Assembly (NCBI GenBank): GCA_048571215.1
Contig: CP182352.1
Location: 2,080,001-2,144,000, forward strand
Length of the DNA stretch: 64,000 nucleotides
Reading direction: 5' to 3'
DNA from: Halarcobacter sp.
Lineage (GTDB): Bacteria > Campylobacterota > Campylobacteria > Campylobacterales > Arcobacteraceae
In this document: positions 1-10,923 of the stretch, piece by piece
How the letters are laid out: each line of letters starts with the position of its first letter
How positions within the stretch are numbered: position 1 is the stretch's first letter
Notes under the pieces: generated by a model
Told to the model about the DNA's origin: nothing
Databases searched by the model: none
The model's input: the letters and a program-made list of their open reading frames with translations, nothing else
Translations under genes and position numbers: made by a program

Positions 1-453
1 CAAAGAAATTGCTACATCACTATTTCTAATTTGTTGTTCAATCCTATAAGTATATTCTGACATCCGTTCAATCTGAACAAATTCATTCATAATATCATCT
101 CTAAACTCTTTAAAATAATCCTCACATTGAAAATAGCCCTCAATAAACGAATTATCATTTGGACTTAAATTTTTTTCATCAAATAGCAGGTTTTTTTCTG
201 AAATATAGTTTATAAAAGGTAGAAATGACAATTTCTTTTTTATTTTTGTAATATTTAATTTTTTTATTTCATGAATATCTGCAACTTGTAAAGAAATCTT
301 ATACTTATCTAATACAAAACCATCATGAAGATTATAATTTGTAAAATCACTAATTACTAATTTTACATCAAATCCTCTTTTTTTCAATGCATATGCATAT
401 GCATATTGAAACATTTGGTTTCCTAATCCTCCTATTATGTTAACTAATATCAT
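1..453 (-). CDS. Alpha-1,2-fucosyltransferase (GT11), N-terminal part; runs off the window's left edge
   Basis: Not in the ORF track. Manual translation from ATG at 453: MILVNIIGGLGNQMFQYAYAYALKKRG...FIEGYFQCEDYF...VAISL, open to position 1. GGLGNQMFQYA and GYFQ are GT11 hallmarks. Confidence 0.9.
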   Translation of the reverse strand, partial: MILVNIIGGLGNQMFQYAYAYALKKRGFDVKLVISDFTNYNLHDGFVLDKYKISLQVADIHEIKKLNITKIKKKLSFLPFINYISEKNLLFDEKNLSPNDNSFIEGYFQCEDYFKEFRDDIMNEFVQIERMSEYTYRIEQQIRNSDVAISL

Positions 454-1456
454 TAAAGTCCTTCAAAATTTCCTTAACAATTGTATCAGCAAAAAACTCA
501 GCCCGAAATGGATTAGCCTGGTTACTATTAAGAAATTTTTCAATATTATCCAAATATTCAAAATAACTATCTTCTTCCATACTATTGATAAAAGCATATA
601 ATTCTTCAAAACTTTTAAAATTTCTTTTATCAATAAAACAATTGGCTGGAATATGGTCTGAAATATTATTTGCACCCCAGTATATTGGAATACACCCTGC
701 AAAAAATGTATCAAAAATTTTTTCCGTTATATATCCTGGTTGATCTTTAATATTTTCATAGCATATAGCAAATTTATAATTAACAAGTGTTTCAAACTTT
801 GAACTAACTGTTCCTTTATAAGAAGGAAAAGGTTTGTAAAATATCTTTTTTAATGGAGAAATTTTATTTAGAAATTTACCTAATAAATTTGAACCAAAAT
901 CTCTTTGTTCCCAACCCATACCAAATAAGTCAAAATCATCTATATGATTATCTTCAAACCATCTTATTAACTCAATTCTTTTTGTGTATAATTCATCTTT
1001 ATGATTTGCAGTTTTGTTCCCAGCAATAGTGGTACACAATTTTTTACCCTCATATAATTTAGGAATTGAATTTGGAATATTAAATGAATAGTTTACCTTA
1101 AAATATTTAATATTATCAATTAATCTATCATCCCATGTAAATATTTTATTAAAATATTTATGATTTTCTTTTTTATTAAAAGATACATCAACATGAGGAC
1201 TTTCTAAAGCAAGAAGATAACTTTTATGAGTTTTATAATGAACAATTTTTTGAGTTAAACCATTAAAAAATATAATATCAGATTCCTCCGGTTTATTGAG
1301 ATCAGATGTTGATAAATCTAATCCATTATTTAAAAAAGTTTCACGTAATTTGTAGTAAAAAAAGCCAAAATTATCTCTATTAATTGTTTGATCATTAATA
1401 TCAAATATTTTATTATTCAAATTATAATTTTGTACAAATGAAATTTTTTTATTCAT
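440..1456 (-). CDS. GT10-family (alpha-1,3/1,4-fucosyltransferase-like) glycosyltransferase
   Basis: Motif YKFAICYEN...GYITEKIFDTFFAGCIPIYWG is typical of GT10. Confidence 0.85.
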   Translation of the reverse strand: MNKKISFVQNYNLNNKIFDINDQTINRDNFGFFYYKLRETFLNNGLDLSTSDLNKPEESDIIFFNGLTQKIVHYKTHKSYLLALESPHVDVSFNKKENHKYFNKIFTWDDRLIDNIKYFKVNYSFNIPNSIPKLYEGKKLCTTIAGNKTANHKDELYTKRIELIRWFEDNHIDDFDLFGMGWEQRDFGSNLLGKFLNKISPLKKIFYKPFPSYKGTVSSKFETLVNYKFAICYENIKDQPGYITEKIFDTFFAGCIPIYWGANNISDHIPANCFIDKRNFKSFEELYAFINSMEEDSYFEYLDNIEKFLNSNQANPFRAEFFADTIVKEILKDFNDIS

Positions 1457-2009
1457 AAACTTCCAATTTTTTTATAATTTTCTCTGCATCTATTTTGTCA
1501 AATTCCCACCACTTAGTTTTTAGAATGCGATTAATCATTTCATCTTTAAACCTATACTTTATCACTTTTGCTGGTACACCAACTACTATAGAATAAGGAG
1601 GCACATCTTTTGTAACAACTGAATTAGCTCCTATTATTGAACCTGTTCCAATTTTTACACCACGTAAAATTATGCTATCAGTACCAATCCAAACATCATG
1701 TCCAATAGTACATTCTTTTTGTGTAAGTTCTTCATAACTATTATGGTAAAAAAATGAACTTGTTGATATATTAAACAAATTATGTTCACCTTGTCCAATT
1801 GAAACATTATTGGCTATAGAACAATAATTTCCTATTGAAACTTTTGTTAAATTACAATTTCTTCCTATATATGAATATTTTCCAATAATACAATTTTGAT
1901 CTATGTGAGTTTGTTCCAAGATATTAGTGAACTGCCCAATTCTTGCCTTATCAGAGATTGGTTTATTTAATTTAAAAACTTTCAAAATAATCTTTTTTAG
2001 TATTTTCAT
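1449..2009 (-). CDS. Hexapeptide-repeat O-acetyltransferase (CatB/Vat-like)
   Basis: IGHDVWIG...GVKIGTGSIIGANSVVTKDVPPYSIVVGVPAKVIKYRF. Confidence 0.85.
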   Translation of the reverse strand: MKILKKIILKVFKLNKPISDKARIGQFTNILEQTHIDQNCIIGKYSYIGRNCNLTKVSIGNYCSIANNVSIGQGEHNLFNISTSSFFYHNSYEELTQKECTIGHDVWIGTDSIILRGVKIGTGSIIGANSVVTKDVPPYSIVVGVPAKVIKYRFKDEMINRILKTKWWEFDKIDAEKIIKKLEVYE

Positions 2010-2836
2010 TTGATAATTCTTCTATATAATTGTTTTATCTTAAATTTTAAAAATTTATTTAAAGTTTCTTGTTTCTTATCATAATAATTTGTTGTATATC
2101 CCAATAAATCATTTGCTTTTTTAAGATATTCATCATTATTGATTTTTTTAATCTGAAAACTAAATGCAAACTTTCTTGGTAAAATTTTGATTTCATTTGT
2201 TTCATTTCCTCTTGATAGGTTAATGTCTCCAATCACTTTATCACTATTGAAAGAATATGCATGTACTTCTAAATCTTCTAAATTCAATGCCTCTAATATA
2301 CTTAAAGAAAGTTCATGGAAGTTTTCACAAAAATTTTCATATTTAAATACAGGAATACCCAAGTTTACTATATAGTGCACAAAATTAAGATAATCATAAG
2401 CAAACTGTTTAGGGGACTGTCCTTGAGACAAACATATATCTATTCCATTTCGAACATAAGCGATTTTATTAACTATAAAACCATTACTTTCCAGTAGTTT
2501 TAAATTAGTTGATGTACCAATGGGTTGATTTTTATTTAGATAACTTTTAGCAAAATCTATATAAGACCAATCTCTTATTATTAAATGTTTTCCATTAACA
2601 TTACACCATTCAACTACTTCATGAATTTGATCAATATATTCTTCAGATACAATGTCAACACCATACCATTTTTTCATTTGCCCTTTTACAGAATGTATTC
2701 CACCTTTTTTATTGTGAAGAGGGTGTGCTTCAGATAATATAACCAATTCATCAAAACCATTTAAAAACTTATTTAAGAATGTTCCTCCTGATCTTGCATA
2801 ACAAAATATTATTGAAACATTTTTAGTATTATCCAC
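2006..2836 (-). CDS. Putative PAPS-dependent sulfotransferase
   Basis: N-terminal 5'-PSB-like loop YARSGGTFL followed by LSEAHP; later YVRNGID and KYENF motifs; GTG start. Confidence 0.65.
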   Translation of the reverse strand: MDNTKNVSIIFCYARSGGTFLNKFLNGFDELVILSEAHPLHNKKGGIHSVKGQMKKWYGVDIVSEEYIDQIHEVVEWCNVNGKHLIIRDWSYIDFAKSYLNKNQPIGTSTNLKLLESNGFIVNKIAYVRNGIDICLSQGQSPKQFAYDYLNFVHYIVNLGIPVFKYENFCENFHELSLSILEALNLEDLEVHAYSFNSDKVIGDINLSRGNETNEIKILPRKFAFSFQIKKINNDEYLKKANDLLGYTTNYYDKKQETLNKFLKFKIKQLYRRIIK

Positions 2837-2848
2837 TTAATCTACCTT

Positions 2849-3619
2849 CTATTTTTTTAAATAATTAAATTTTAACATATTTACACAATGTGTATTTTCA
2901 ATATTTTTTTGATTCTTTTTATCTAGAAATTGTTTCCAATCATCTTTCTTACCACTTCTTAAAAAAGCAGCATTAGTAAAATCTTTGTTCTGAATAAATT
3001 GATTTTTTTTACTCTCAAAGGATTCATTTTGAATAATTTGTCTTAACTCATCTATATCAAAACTAATATCCAATTCATTTAATATTCTAACTAATTCTTT
3101 TTCAGTATTATCATGTAAATCTTCATATCTTACAATTACCATATTATCTAAGGATGTCCAAAAATTTACATGATGACTCCAACTTCCAACATTTATTTTT
3201 TCAAATGATTTCAATTGATTTTTGAATCTATTCCAACGAGCAACTAGTGTATTATTCCAACTATTATTAATATTTCCTACTTCAAAATTAAAAAATAAAT
3301 TAACCAATTTATTAGATAAAACTTTTTTCTTTGAAAATCTTCTATAATTATGGAAAAAACCTGATACAAAAACAGCTCTAGGGTCTCTTAATATATATAC
3401 TTTTTTGGAGTTTTCAATTTTATCAATTTCATTAGAACCATGAATTTTATAAATTATATATCTACCATTTTTATTTTTACAATTTTCTGAATTATTTATT
3501 AAGTCATCCTTAGAGTTTACATGAATTTTTGAACTAGTAACATTTGCGATTAATCTAGCTAACCATGTATTACCTGACTTTGGAAATCCTACAACATATA
3601 AACTTTCTAATTTATTCAA
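2849..3619 (-). CDS. Sulfotransferase domain protein
   Basis: GFPKSGNTWL (5'-PSB), YILRDPR (3'-PB), RYEDL, and FLRSGKKDDWK (RKGxxGDWK-like). Confidence 0.88.
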   Translation of the reverse strand: MNKLESLYVVGFPKSGNTWLARLIANVTSSKIHVNSKDDLINNSENCKNKNGRYIIYKIHGSNEIDKIENSKKVYILRDPRAVFVSGFFHNYRRFSKKKVLSNKLVNLFFNFEVGNINNSWNNTLVARWNRFKNQLKSFEKINVGSWSHHVNFWTSLDNMVIVRYEDLHDNTEKELVRILNELDISFDIDELRQIIQNESFESKKNQFIQNKDFTNAAFLRSGKKDDWKQFLDKKNQKNIENTHCVNMLKFNYLKK

Positions 3620-5106
3620 TTTAATTTTCTCCTATTTAAAATAAAACTTTTAATTGAAGTATAAAAAAATATTACTTCCAATACAACTATTAAAATAAAG
3701 GTTACTATAATTTTTATAAAAAATATCTCCCAACTATGTTTATCAAAATATTCTATTATGAAATACAAACATATAAATGATGTAATAAACAAACTAAAAA
3801 TATTAAAAAATACTTTTAACTCTAAATTATAATTAATCTCGTTAAATAGTTTTATACTAAATCTTATTATTACTACAAAATTCACAATAAATAATGATAT
3901 TGGAATAGCAATCATACCTAAAAAAGGAAGTAGAATTATAGCAAAAAACACATAACTAATACCTTCAAAATAGACCTTTGATGTTGCAAACAATAAAAGT
4001 TCTTTTCCTAAGAGTAAATTTCTAAAAAGTCTTGACATTGCAAAAAATATTGAACCTAATCCAATTGCAATTACTATATTATTATCTAATTTAATATCTT
4101 CTCCAATCCAAAGATAAATAAAAGTATTGTTTGTTGCAATATAGATACTATAACACAAAAATGAAAATAACAAACTTGAAAAAACTATTTTTAAAGTAAC
4201 TTGTTTTATTTTATCATGATTTGATTCTCCTATTAGATGAGAATAAGGTCCTAATAATGAAGCATTAAATACATTAAGCGCTTTCAAAATAATTTCTGAT
4301 GCTTTTCTTAAGATATCATATATAGTAGTTGATTCGGGACCAATGAAAAAAGTTAATAAAATTGAATGAGAATTTTCTAATATTCGATTACTAATTACCA
4401 AACTAAATAAATTTGGAATAGTTTTATAATATTCTAAACATATTTCTTTTTTTAACTGTAGTTTTATTTTAAATTTTTTAATTAATGTTCTTACTTGCAT
4501 AGCACAAAAAAAGACAATTAATACTTCTGTAATAAAAAAACTAATGGGTATTGATATTAAATGATATCCCTCTGATAATAAATATATTACCATAATAATG
4601 CCTATAATATTTGATAATATCATAACTATTGTACTAAATAATGGATTAAGTAATGATTGAGCAAATCCTCTAAATATACTTGAAAAAAAACTTAAAGACA
4701 TAGTAATTAATGTAATATAATATGCATTAAGCAATATTTCATTCTTATCACTAGAGTATTGCATAATTTCTTGTAAAAAAAAAGAAACCCCCAATCCTAA
4801 AAATAGGAACAATAAAGTTATTATTATATAAAAAATTAAACTATTGGCAAAATAAATTCCGATAAGATTATAGTTGTTTTTTGCATAGGCATTAGATATT
4901 TTCTGAACAACTATATTATTTAAACCAAAATTCATAAAACTTAATATTCCAATTATACTATTAATTGTAATTAAATACCCATACATAGAATATTCAATAT
5001 ATTTAAAATAATATGGCAAGAGTACAAGCCCCTTTAACATTGAAATAATGGTTAAAAATATTCCACCAACTGCTTGTATTTTAAAAGCTTTTTTTCTACT
5101 TTTCAT
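3616..5106 (-). CDS. wzx: Wzx-like polysaccharide flippase
   Basis: 496 aa with many hydrophobic segments; N-terminal pattern LPYY..YI.YSMYG; lies within the glycan locus. Confidence 0.75.
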   Translation of the reverse strand: MKSRKKAFKIQAVGGIFLTIISMLKGLVLLPYYFKYIEYSMYGYLITINSIIGILSFMNFGLNNIVVQKISNAYAKNNYNLIGIYFANSLIFYIIITLLFLFLGLGVSFFLQEIMQYSSDKNEILLNAYYITLITMSLSFFSSIFRGFAQSLLNPLFSTIVMILSNIIGIIMVIYLLSEGYHLISIPISFFITEVLIVFFCAMQVRTLIKKFKIKLQLKKEICLEYYKTIPNLFSLVISNRILENSHSILLTFFIGPESTTIYDILRKASEIILKALNVFNASLLGPYSHLIGESNHDKIKQVTLKIVFSSLLFSFLCYSIYIATNNTFIYLWIGEDIKLDNNIVIAIGLGSIFFAMSRLFRNLLLGKELLLFATSKVYFEGISYVFFAIILLPFLGMIAIPISLFIVNFVVIIRFSIKLFNEINYNLELKVFFNIFSLFITSFICLYFIIEYFDKHSWEIFFIKIIVTFILIVVLEVIFFYTSIKSFILNRRKLN

Positions 5107-6017
5107 TTTATGAAACTTAAATATTGTTTAATATAACTTAAAAAAGATATTAACACATTCAAAATTGAAATCTTTTGGAAACTTGTGAATAAAAACTTAT
5201 AGTTTCCAGAAATAAAAGAATAACGAATACAAGACTTTAAAAATATTTTCTCAAATCTACTTGGAATATCATTTTTTGATAATATTTTAGATAAAGCTTG
5301 TTCAAATATTTTTTGATTATCAAATATGAATTTCTTTAATTGAATGTTAGTTTCTTTCATGATTTTTACATGATTTTTTCTTGATAAAGAACTATTAAGA
5401 ACTCTATAGTGTAATAATGTTTTTTTTACATTCCCAAAGTTTGCACCTTTTGTATGACACTTTAACCATAAATCCAAATCTTCTGCATTTTGATAACCAT
5501 CTAACCCATACATTAATCTATGTTCAATTATAAACTGCTTTCTTATCATTACACTTGGATGAGCAAAAGGTACTGTAATCCCTAAAGTAATTAATATTTC
5601 ATCCTTTGTTAATGGAACTTCAATTAATTTTTTAATATTATTCTCTTCATCAATTATATTGTAATTACAACCACATAAATCTAAGCTATTGTTTTTCATA
5701 AAATTGTATTGTAATTCTAATCTATTTTTTAACGAAATATCATCTTGATCCATTCTTGCTATATAATCACCTTGAGATAAAGATAAGCCTTTATTTAATG
5801 TAGCAATTAAACCAATATTTTTCTGTTCTATAACCTTAATTCGATTATCTATCAATTTATATTTATTTATTATTTCAATTGAATTATCAGTTGAGCCATC
5901 ATCCAAAATTATCAATTCAAAATTTTCGTATGTCTGAAATAATATACTTTCAATTGCTTCAGCTAAATACTTTCTTCCATTGTATACAGGTAGTACTACA
6001 CTTATTAAATCACTCAC
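5103..6017 (-). CDS. Glycosyltransferase family 2
   Basis: ISVVLPVYN, ILDDGSTD, ARMDQDD, AEDLDLW. Confidence 0.92.
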   Translation of the reverse strand: MSDLISVVLPVYNGRKYLAEAIESILFQTYENFELIILDDGSTDNSIEIINKYKLIDNRIKVIEQKNIGLIATLNKGLSLSQGDYIARMDQDDISLKNRLELQYNFMKNNSLDLCGCNYNIIDEENNIKKLIEVPLTKDEILITLGITVPFAHPSVMIRKQFIIEHRLMYGLDGYQNAEDLDLWLKCHTKGANFGNVKKTLLHYRVLNSSLSRKNHVKIMKETNIQLKKFIFDNQKIFEQALSKILSKNDIPSRFEKIFLKSCIRYSFISGNYKFLFTSFQKISILNVLISFLSYIKQYLSFIK

Positions 6018-6690
6018 TATAATACTTTCTTAATAATTTTTCCACATAGTTCTCTTTACATATATTCAATTTTTCTATAATATTATTAATCTTTTCAACA
6101 TCAATATTAAAATCACCTGGCATAGTTATTAAATTGTATTTAGGTTCTATATTCAATATAATACTAATTTGCTCTACAAGTGTTTTTACTTTAATATTTG
6201 AAGGATAAGCAATATTTATAATACTATTATTATATGATTCATCAACAATAAGATTTTTAACTATATTCTTCATATCACTTACATCTATCAAATTTCTCTC
6301 TATATCATATAAATCAAAAGAATCTTTATTTTTAATTTTATTATATAAATATCCAACCAATTGATTTTTATTATTAAATCCTACAATTTGAGGTACTCTA
6401 AAAATATTATAATTATTTGATTTTTTTATAATAATATTTTCCATTTTTAATTTGTGCTGGCAATATTTTGAACTTTCAAAATAATTATCATATATAGAAC
6501 AAGTGCTAAAGTAAATAAATTTAATATTTTTATTCTCTTCTAATTTTTTTCTCAATAGATTTTCTTCTCTCAGAAATTCATCAACTCGCTCTTCTTTCGA
6601 GTTTGAAACACCCGATGCAAATATTAAAATATTTTTTGAATTACTATATTCTAAAAATTCTTTTGCAATTAAACCATTACCTACTATCAT
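6010..6690 (-). CDS. Short NAD(P)-dependent sugar epimerase/reductase
   Basis: Start re-called at ATG 6690 (AAGG SD upstream) instead of 6723; [31 protein letters not shown] (YxxxK). Confidence 0.7.
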   Translation of the reverse strand: MIVGNGLIAKEFLEYSNSKNILIFASGVSNSKEERVDEFLREENLLRKKLEENKNIKFIYFSTCSIYDNYFESSKYCQHKLKMENIIIKKSNNYNIFRVPQIVGFNNKNQLVGYLYNKIKNKDSFDLYDIERNLIDVSDMKNIVKNLIVDESYNNSIINIAYPSNIKVKTLVEQISIILNIEPKYNLITMPGDFNIDVEKINNIIEKLNICKENYVEKLLRKYYSE

Positions 6691-7747
6691 AACTAACCTT
6701 ATATTTTCCCAAATACCACACAATAGTCTTAACTATGCCAGTATCAAAGTTCTCATCTGCTTTCCATCCAAGTTCATTTTCCAATTTACTTGCATCTATT
6801 GCATATCTTCTATCATGTCCTGCTCTATCTTCTACAAATGTTATTAACTCTTTGTAGGATTGTAATTGGTTATTTGTTATTTGTATATTAGTAGAGATTG
6901 GTTTAACTTCATCCAATATTTCACAAATTCTGTTTACTATTTGCAGATTTGTTCTTTCATTTCTTCCACCTATATTATAGGTTTGCCCTTTTAATCCCTT
7001 ATGGAAAACTAAGTCTATACCTTTACAATGATCTAGTACATACAACCAATCTCTTATATTTTTTCCATCTCCATATATTGGTATAGGATTTCCTTGTAGA
7101 GCATTTCTTATAATTGTTGGTATTAATTTCTCATCATGTTGTTTTGGTCCATAATTATTTGAGCAGTTTGTGATTACTGCGTTTAGTCCAAAGGTTTCTA
7201 CATAAGATCTTACTATCATATCACTTGATGCTTTTGAAGCAGAGTATGGAGAATTTGGTGCATATGGTGTAGACTCATGGAAAAGATCATTTGGGTCTTC
7301 ACTTAAGGTTCCATACACTTCATCTGTTGAGATATGATGAAATCTACAATCTTGGTACTTTTTTTTATATTCAAAGGGTTTATTCATCCAATATTTATAT
7401 GCCACATCTACTAAGGTATATGTTCCATTTACATTTGTTTCTATAAATACTCCTGGATTTTTTATACTATTATCCACATGTGATTCTGCTGCGAAGTGAA
7501 TTACACCTCTTATATCATATTCAGAAAAAATAAATTCAACTAATTCTCTATTACAGATATCACCTTTTATAAATTTATATCTCGGATGATTTTCAACTTC
7601 TTTTAGGTTTTCTAAATCACCTGCGTATGTTAGAAGATCTAGGTTTATTATATTACAATCTTGATATTTTTCTAAAAAATATGGCACGAAGTTACTTCCT
7701 ATAAAGCCTGCGCATCCTGTTACTAATATTGTTTTATTATTAAACAT
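6677..7747 (-). CDS. rmlB: dTDP-glucose 4,6-dehydratase
   Basis: [43 protein letters not shown]. Confidence 0.97.
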   Translation of the reverse strand: MFNNKTILVTGCAGFIGSNFVPYFLEKYQDCNIINLDLLTYAGDLENLKEVENHPRYKFIKGDICNRELVEFIFSEYDIRGVIHFAAESHVDNSIKNPGVFIETNVNGTYTLVDVAYKYWMNKPFEYKKKYQDCRFHHISTDEVYGTLSEDPNDLFHESTPYAPNSPYSASKASSDMIVRSYVETFGLNAVITNCSNNYGPKQHDEKLIPTIIRNALQGNPIPIYGDGKNIRDWLYVLDHCKGIDLVFHKGLKGQTYNIGGRNERTNLQIVNRICEILDEVKPISTNIQITNNQLQSYKELITFVEDRAGHDRRYAIDASKLENELGWKADENFDTGIVKTIVWYLGKYKVSYDSR

Positions 7748-8615
7748 CTATCTCTTTCACCAAGTTATACAAATATTGACCATACCCATTTTTAGATAAG
7801 GGTTTTGCTATTTCTAATATTTTCTCTTTTGTTATCCATTTATTATTATATGCAATCTCTTCTAAACAAGCTATTTTATACCCTTGTCTATGCTCTATTG
7901 TTTGTACAAATTGTCCTGCTTCTAACAGGCTATCATGAGTTCCTGTATCAAGCCATGCAAATCCACGACCTAGAAGTTCAACTTTCAAGTTCCCTTTTTT
8001 TAGATATGCTTCATTTATTGAAGTGATTTCAAATTCACCTCGTTCACTTAAGTTTACATTTTTTGCTATATTTACTACCTCATTATCATAAAAATACAAA
8101 CCAGTAACTGCAAAATTTGATTTTGGTTTTTTTGGTTTTTCTTCAATACTTATTGCATTTTTATCTTTATCAAACTCTACTACTCCAAATCTATCTGGAT
8201 CTTTTACTTGATATCCAAATACTACAGCTCCCTCTTTTATTAAAGCAGCATTTTTTACCATTAGACTCAATCCACTTCCATAGAAAATATTATCTCCTAA
8301 AATCAAACAAACACTATCATCTCCTATAAAATCTTCACCTAAGATAAATGCTTGGGCTAATCCATCTGGGCTTGGTTGTATTTTATATTCTAGATTAATA
8401 CCCCATTGACTACCATCGCCTAAAAGTTCTTTAAACTTATGGTTATCTTCTGGAGTGGTTATTATCAAGATGTTTCTAATCCCTGCTAACATTAAAACTG
8501 ATAAGGGATAATATATCATTGGTTTATCATATATTGGCAAAAGCTGTTTACTTGATGACTTTGTTATGGGATAAAGTCTTGTTCCAGAACCTCCTGCTAG
8601 TACTATACCTTTCAT
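7740..8615 (-). CDS. rmlA: Glucose-1-phosphate thymidylyltransferase
   Basis: [37 protein letters not shown]. Confidence 0.97.
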   Translation of the reverse strand: MKGIVLAGGSGTRLYPITKSSSKQLLPIYDKPMIYYPLSVLMLAGIRNILIITTPEDNHKFKELLGDGSQWGINLEYKIQPSPDGLAQAFILGEDFIGDDSVCLILGDNIFYGSGLSLMVKNAALIKEGAVVFGYQVKDPDRFGVVEFDKDKNAISIEEKPKKPKSNFAVTGLYFYDNEVVNIAKNVNLSERGEFEITSINEAYLKKGNLKVELLGRGFAWLDTGTHDSLLEAGQFVQTIEHRQGYKIACLEEIAYNNKWITKEKILEIAKPLSKNGYGQYLYNLVKEIDV

Positions 8616-8692
8616 TTAAATATACCTTTAACAAAGTTTTTTATTCTCCAATTAGCAAAAGTTATAAACTCTAGAGGATTAATTGTTCTCAT
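8612..8692 (-). CDS. Possible 26-aa small ORF or gene remnant
   Basis: [26 protein letters not shown]; its TGA overlaps the rmlA ATG (ATGA); fills most of the fcl-rmlA gap. Confidence 0.35.
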   Translation of the reverse strand: MRTINPLEFITFANWRIKNFVKGIFK

Positions 8693-8716
8693 GAATCTTC
8701 TTTATTAATATTAAGA

Positions 8717-9784
8717 TTATCTATCATTGCTTAGATACCAGTTATATATTTTTTCTATACCTTGTTGTAATTCTATTGTATGTTTCCACCCTAAGCTATT
8801 TAATTTGCTTACATCTGTAAGCTTTTTCATAGTCCCATCTGGTTTATTAGTATTAAATACAAGTTCACCTTTAAATCCAATAATATCTTTTATAAGAGTT
8901 GCCAACTCTTTTATTGATATATCTACACCTGTTCCAATATTTATATGAGTATTTCTAATCTCTTTTTCATTTTCACCAAATGTATCTTTAAAATCTCTAT
9001 TTTCTAAAAGAAATACACATGCATCTGCCATATCTTCTGAGTAAAGAAACTCTCTTCTTGGTTTCCCTGAACCCCAGATCTCAACTGAATCTTTATTTAC
9101 ACCAAATTTATTTAGATATTCTAAGGCTTCATCCAAAGAAGATAGATTTAAATCTTTTAATACTTCTTCTATTTTTTCTTCATTTAAAAGTTTAGCAAGA
9201 TATATTTTTCGTATAAGTGCTGGTAGTACATGTGACTTTTCCAAATCAAAGTTATCATTTGGTCCATATAGGTTTGTTGGCATTACTGATATAAAGTTTG
9301 TATTATATTGCAAGTTATATGATTCACACATTTTTATACCTGCTATTTTTGCTATTGCGTATGGTTCATTTGTATATTCTAGTGGACTTGTTAATAAACA
9401 ATCTTCACTCATTGGTTGCGGTGCTTCTTTTGGGTATATACAAGTACTTCCTAAAAATAGCAATTTTTTTACTTTATATTTATAGGCATTATGGATTACA
9501 TTATTTTGAATGGCTAAGTTCTCATATATAAAATCAGCTCTATAGGTATTATTTGCAATTATTCCACCAACTTTTGCTGCTGCTAGTATTACATATTCTG
9601 GTTTTTCTAGTTTAAAGAACTCATCTACTTCATTTTGATTTGTTAGATTTAATTCCTTATGAGTTCTATATACTAAATTTGTATAACCCTTTGATTGTAA
9701 ATTTTTTACAATTGCAGAACCTACTAATCCTCTATGACCAGCTACATATATTTTACTATTTTTATTCATAATCATTTTACTCAA
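8717..9784 (-). CDS. fcl: GDP-L-fucose synthase
   Basis: [39 protein letters not shown]. Confidence 0.96.
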   Translation of the reverse strand: MSKMIMNKNSKIYVAGHRGLVGSAIVKNLQSKGYTNLVYRTHKELNLTNQNEVDEFFKLEKPEYVILAAAKVGGIIANNTYRADFIYENLAIQNNVIHNAYKYKVKKLLFLGSTCIYPKEAPQPMSEDCLLTSPLEYTNEPYAIAKIAGIKMCESYNLQYNTNFISVMPTNLYGPNDNFDLEKSHVLPALIRKIYLAKLLNEEKIEEVLKDLNLSSLDEALEYLNKFGVNKDSVEIWGSGKPRREFLYSEDMADACVFLLENRDFKDTFGENEKEIRNTHINIGTGVDISIKELATLIKDIIGFKGELVFNTNKPDGTMKKLTDVSKLNSLGWKHTIELQQGIEKIYNWYLSNDR

Positions 9785-10922
9785 AATAACTCATAATTTT
9801 ATATCCACCATCTTTTAGATAAGTGTCTTTTTTCATTAGTTTTAAATCACTTGCCATCATATCATTTACTAAGTCTTGAAGTTTATACTCTCTATTCCAT
9901 CCTAATTTAGTTTCAGCTTTTGTAGGGTCTCCTAGTAGCAAGTCTACTTCTGTTGGTCTAAAGTACCTTGAGTCTACTTCTACTACAACAGTGTTCAGTA
10001 CTAAGTGTTCAATGCTCAGCCCTAATGATTTTACTTTCTCTTCATCTATACTATCAATAATACCTTTTTCATCTACACCTTTTCCTTCAAATCTTAGCTT
10101 TATCCCTACGTAGGCAAAAGCGAATTTTACGAAGTCTCTTACAGTTGTTGTTTGTCCTGTTGCTATTACCCAATCTTCTGGTTCATCTGCTTGAAGAATC
10201 ATCCACATCATCTTTACATAATCTTTTGCATGTCCCCAGTCTCTTTTTGCATCTAAGTTTCCAAGGTATAATTTATCTTGAAGGTTTAGTGCTATTTTAG
10301 AAGCTGCTCTTGTAATTTTTCTTGTAACAAAAGTTTCACCTCTTACTGGGCTTTCATGGTTAAAAAGGATTCCATTACAAGCGAACATACCATATGCTTC
10401 TCTATAATTTACTGTTATCCAGTATGCGTACATTTTAGCAACTGCATATGGACTTCTTGGGTAAAAAGGAGTTGTTTCACTTTGAGGTGTTTCTTGTACT
10501 TTTCCATATAATTCAGAGGTACTTGCTTGATATATTTTTGTTTTATTAGCAAGTCCTAATAATTTTACTGCTTCAAGGATTCTAAGTGTTCCTGTTCCAT
10601 CTGCGTTTGCTACATATTCTGGTGTCTCAAAAGAAACTGCTACATGAGACATTGCAGCTAAATTATAGATTTCATCTGGTTGTGTCTCTTGAATAATTCT
10701 TGTTAGGTTCATAGAATCTGTCATATCACCATAATGAAGTATTAGATTTCTATTTTCTACATGTGGATCTTGGTAAAGGTGATCTATTCTATCTGTATTA
10801 AACAAAGAACTTCTTCTTTTTATACCATGTACTATATATCCTTTTTTTAGCAAAAACTCTGCTAAATAGCTTCCATCTTGTCCTGTTATCCCTGTTATTA
10901 AGGCTACTTTTTGTTCTGCCAT
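9777..10922 (-). CDS. gmd: GDP-mannose 4,6-dehydratase
   Basis: [39 protein letters not shown]. Confidence 0.98.
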   Translation of the reverse strand: MAEQKVALITGITGQDGSYLAEFLLKKGYIVHGIKRRSSLFNTDRIDHLYQDPHVENRNLILHYGDMTDSMNLTRIIQETQPDEIYNLAAMSHVAVSFETPEYVANADGTGTLRILEAVKLLGLANKTKIYQASTSELYGKVQETPQSETTPFYPRSPYAVAKMYAYWITVNYREAYGMFACNGILFNHESPVRGETFVTRKITRAASKIALNLQDKLYLGNLDAKRDWGHAKDYVKMMWMILQADEPEDWVIATGQTTTVRDFVKFAFAYVGIKLRFEGKGVDEKGIIDSIDEEKVKSLGLSIEHLVLNTVVVEVDSRYFRPTEVDLLLGDPTKAETKLGWNREYKLQDLVNDMMASDLKLMKKDTYLKDGGYKIMSYFE

Positions 10923-10923
10923 T

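Noticed and set aside
4775..4783. A9 tract in wzx as a phase-variation site
   Set aside because: A/T runs of this length are frequent here, the frame is intact, and no long poly-G/C tracts were seen in the glycan locus
9080..9200. Extra helical segment in Fcl relative to E. coli
   Set aside because: As I recall, a common Fcl variant in several phyla; no repeat or mobile signature
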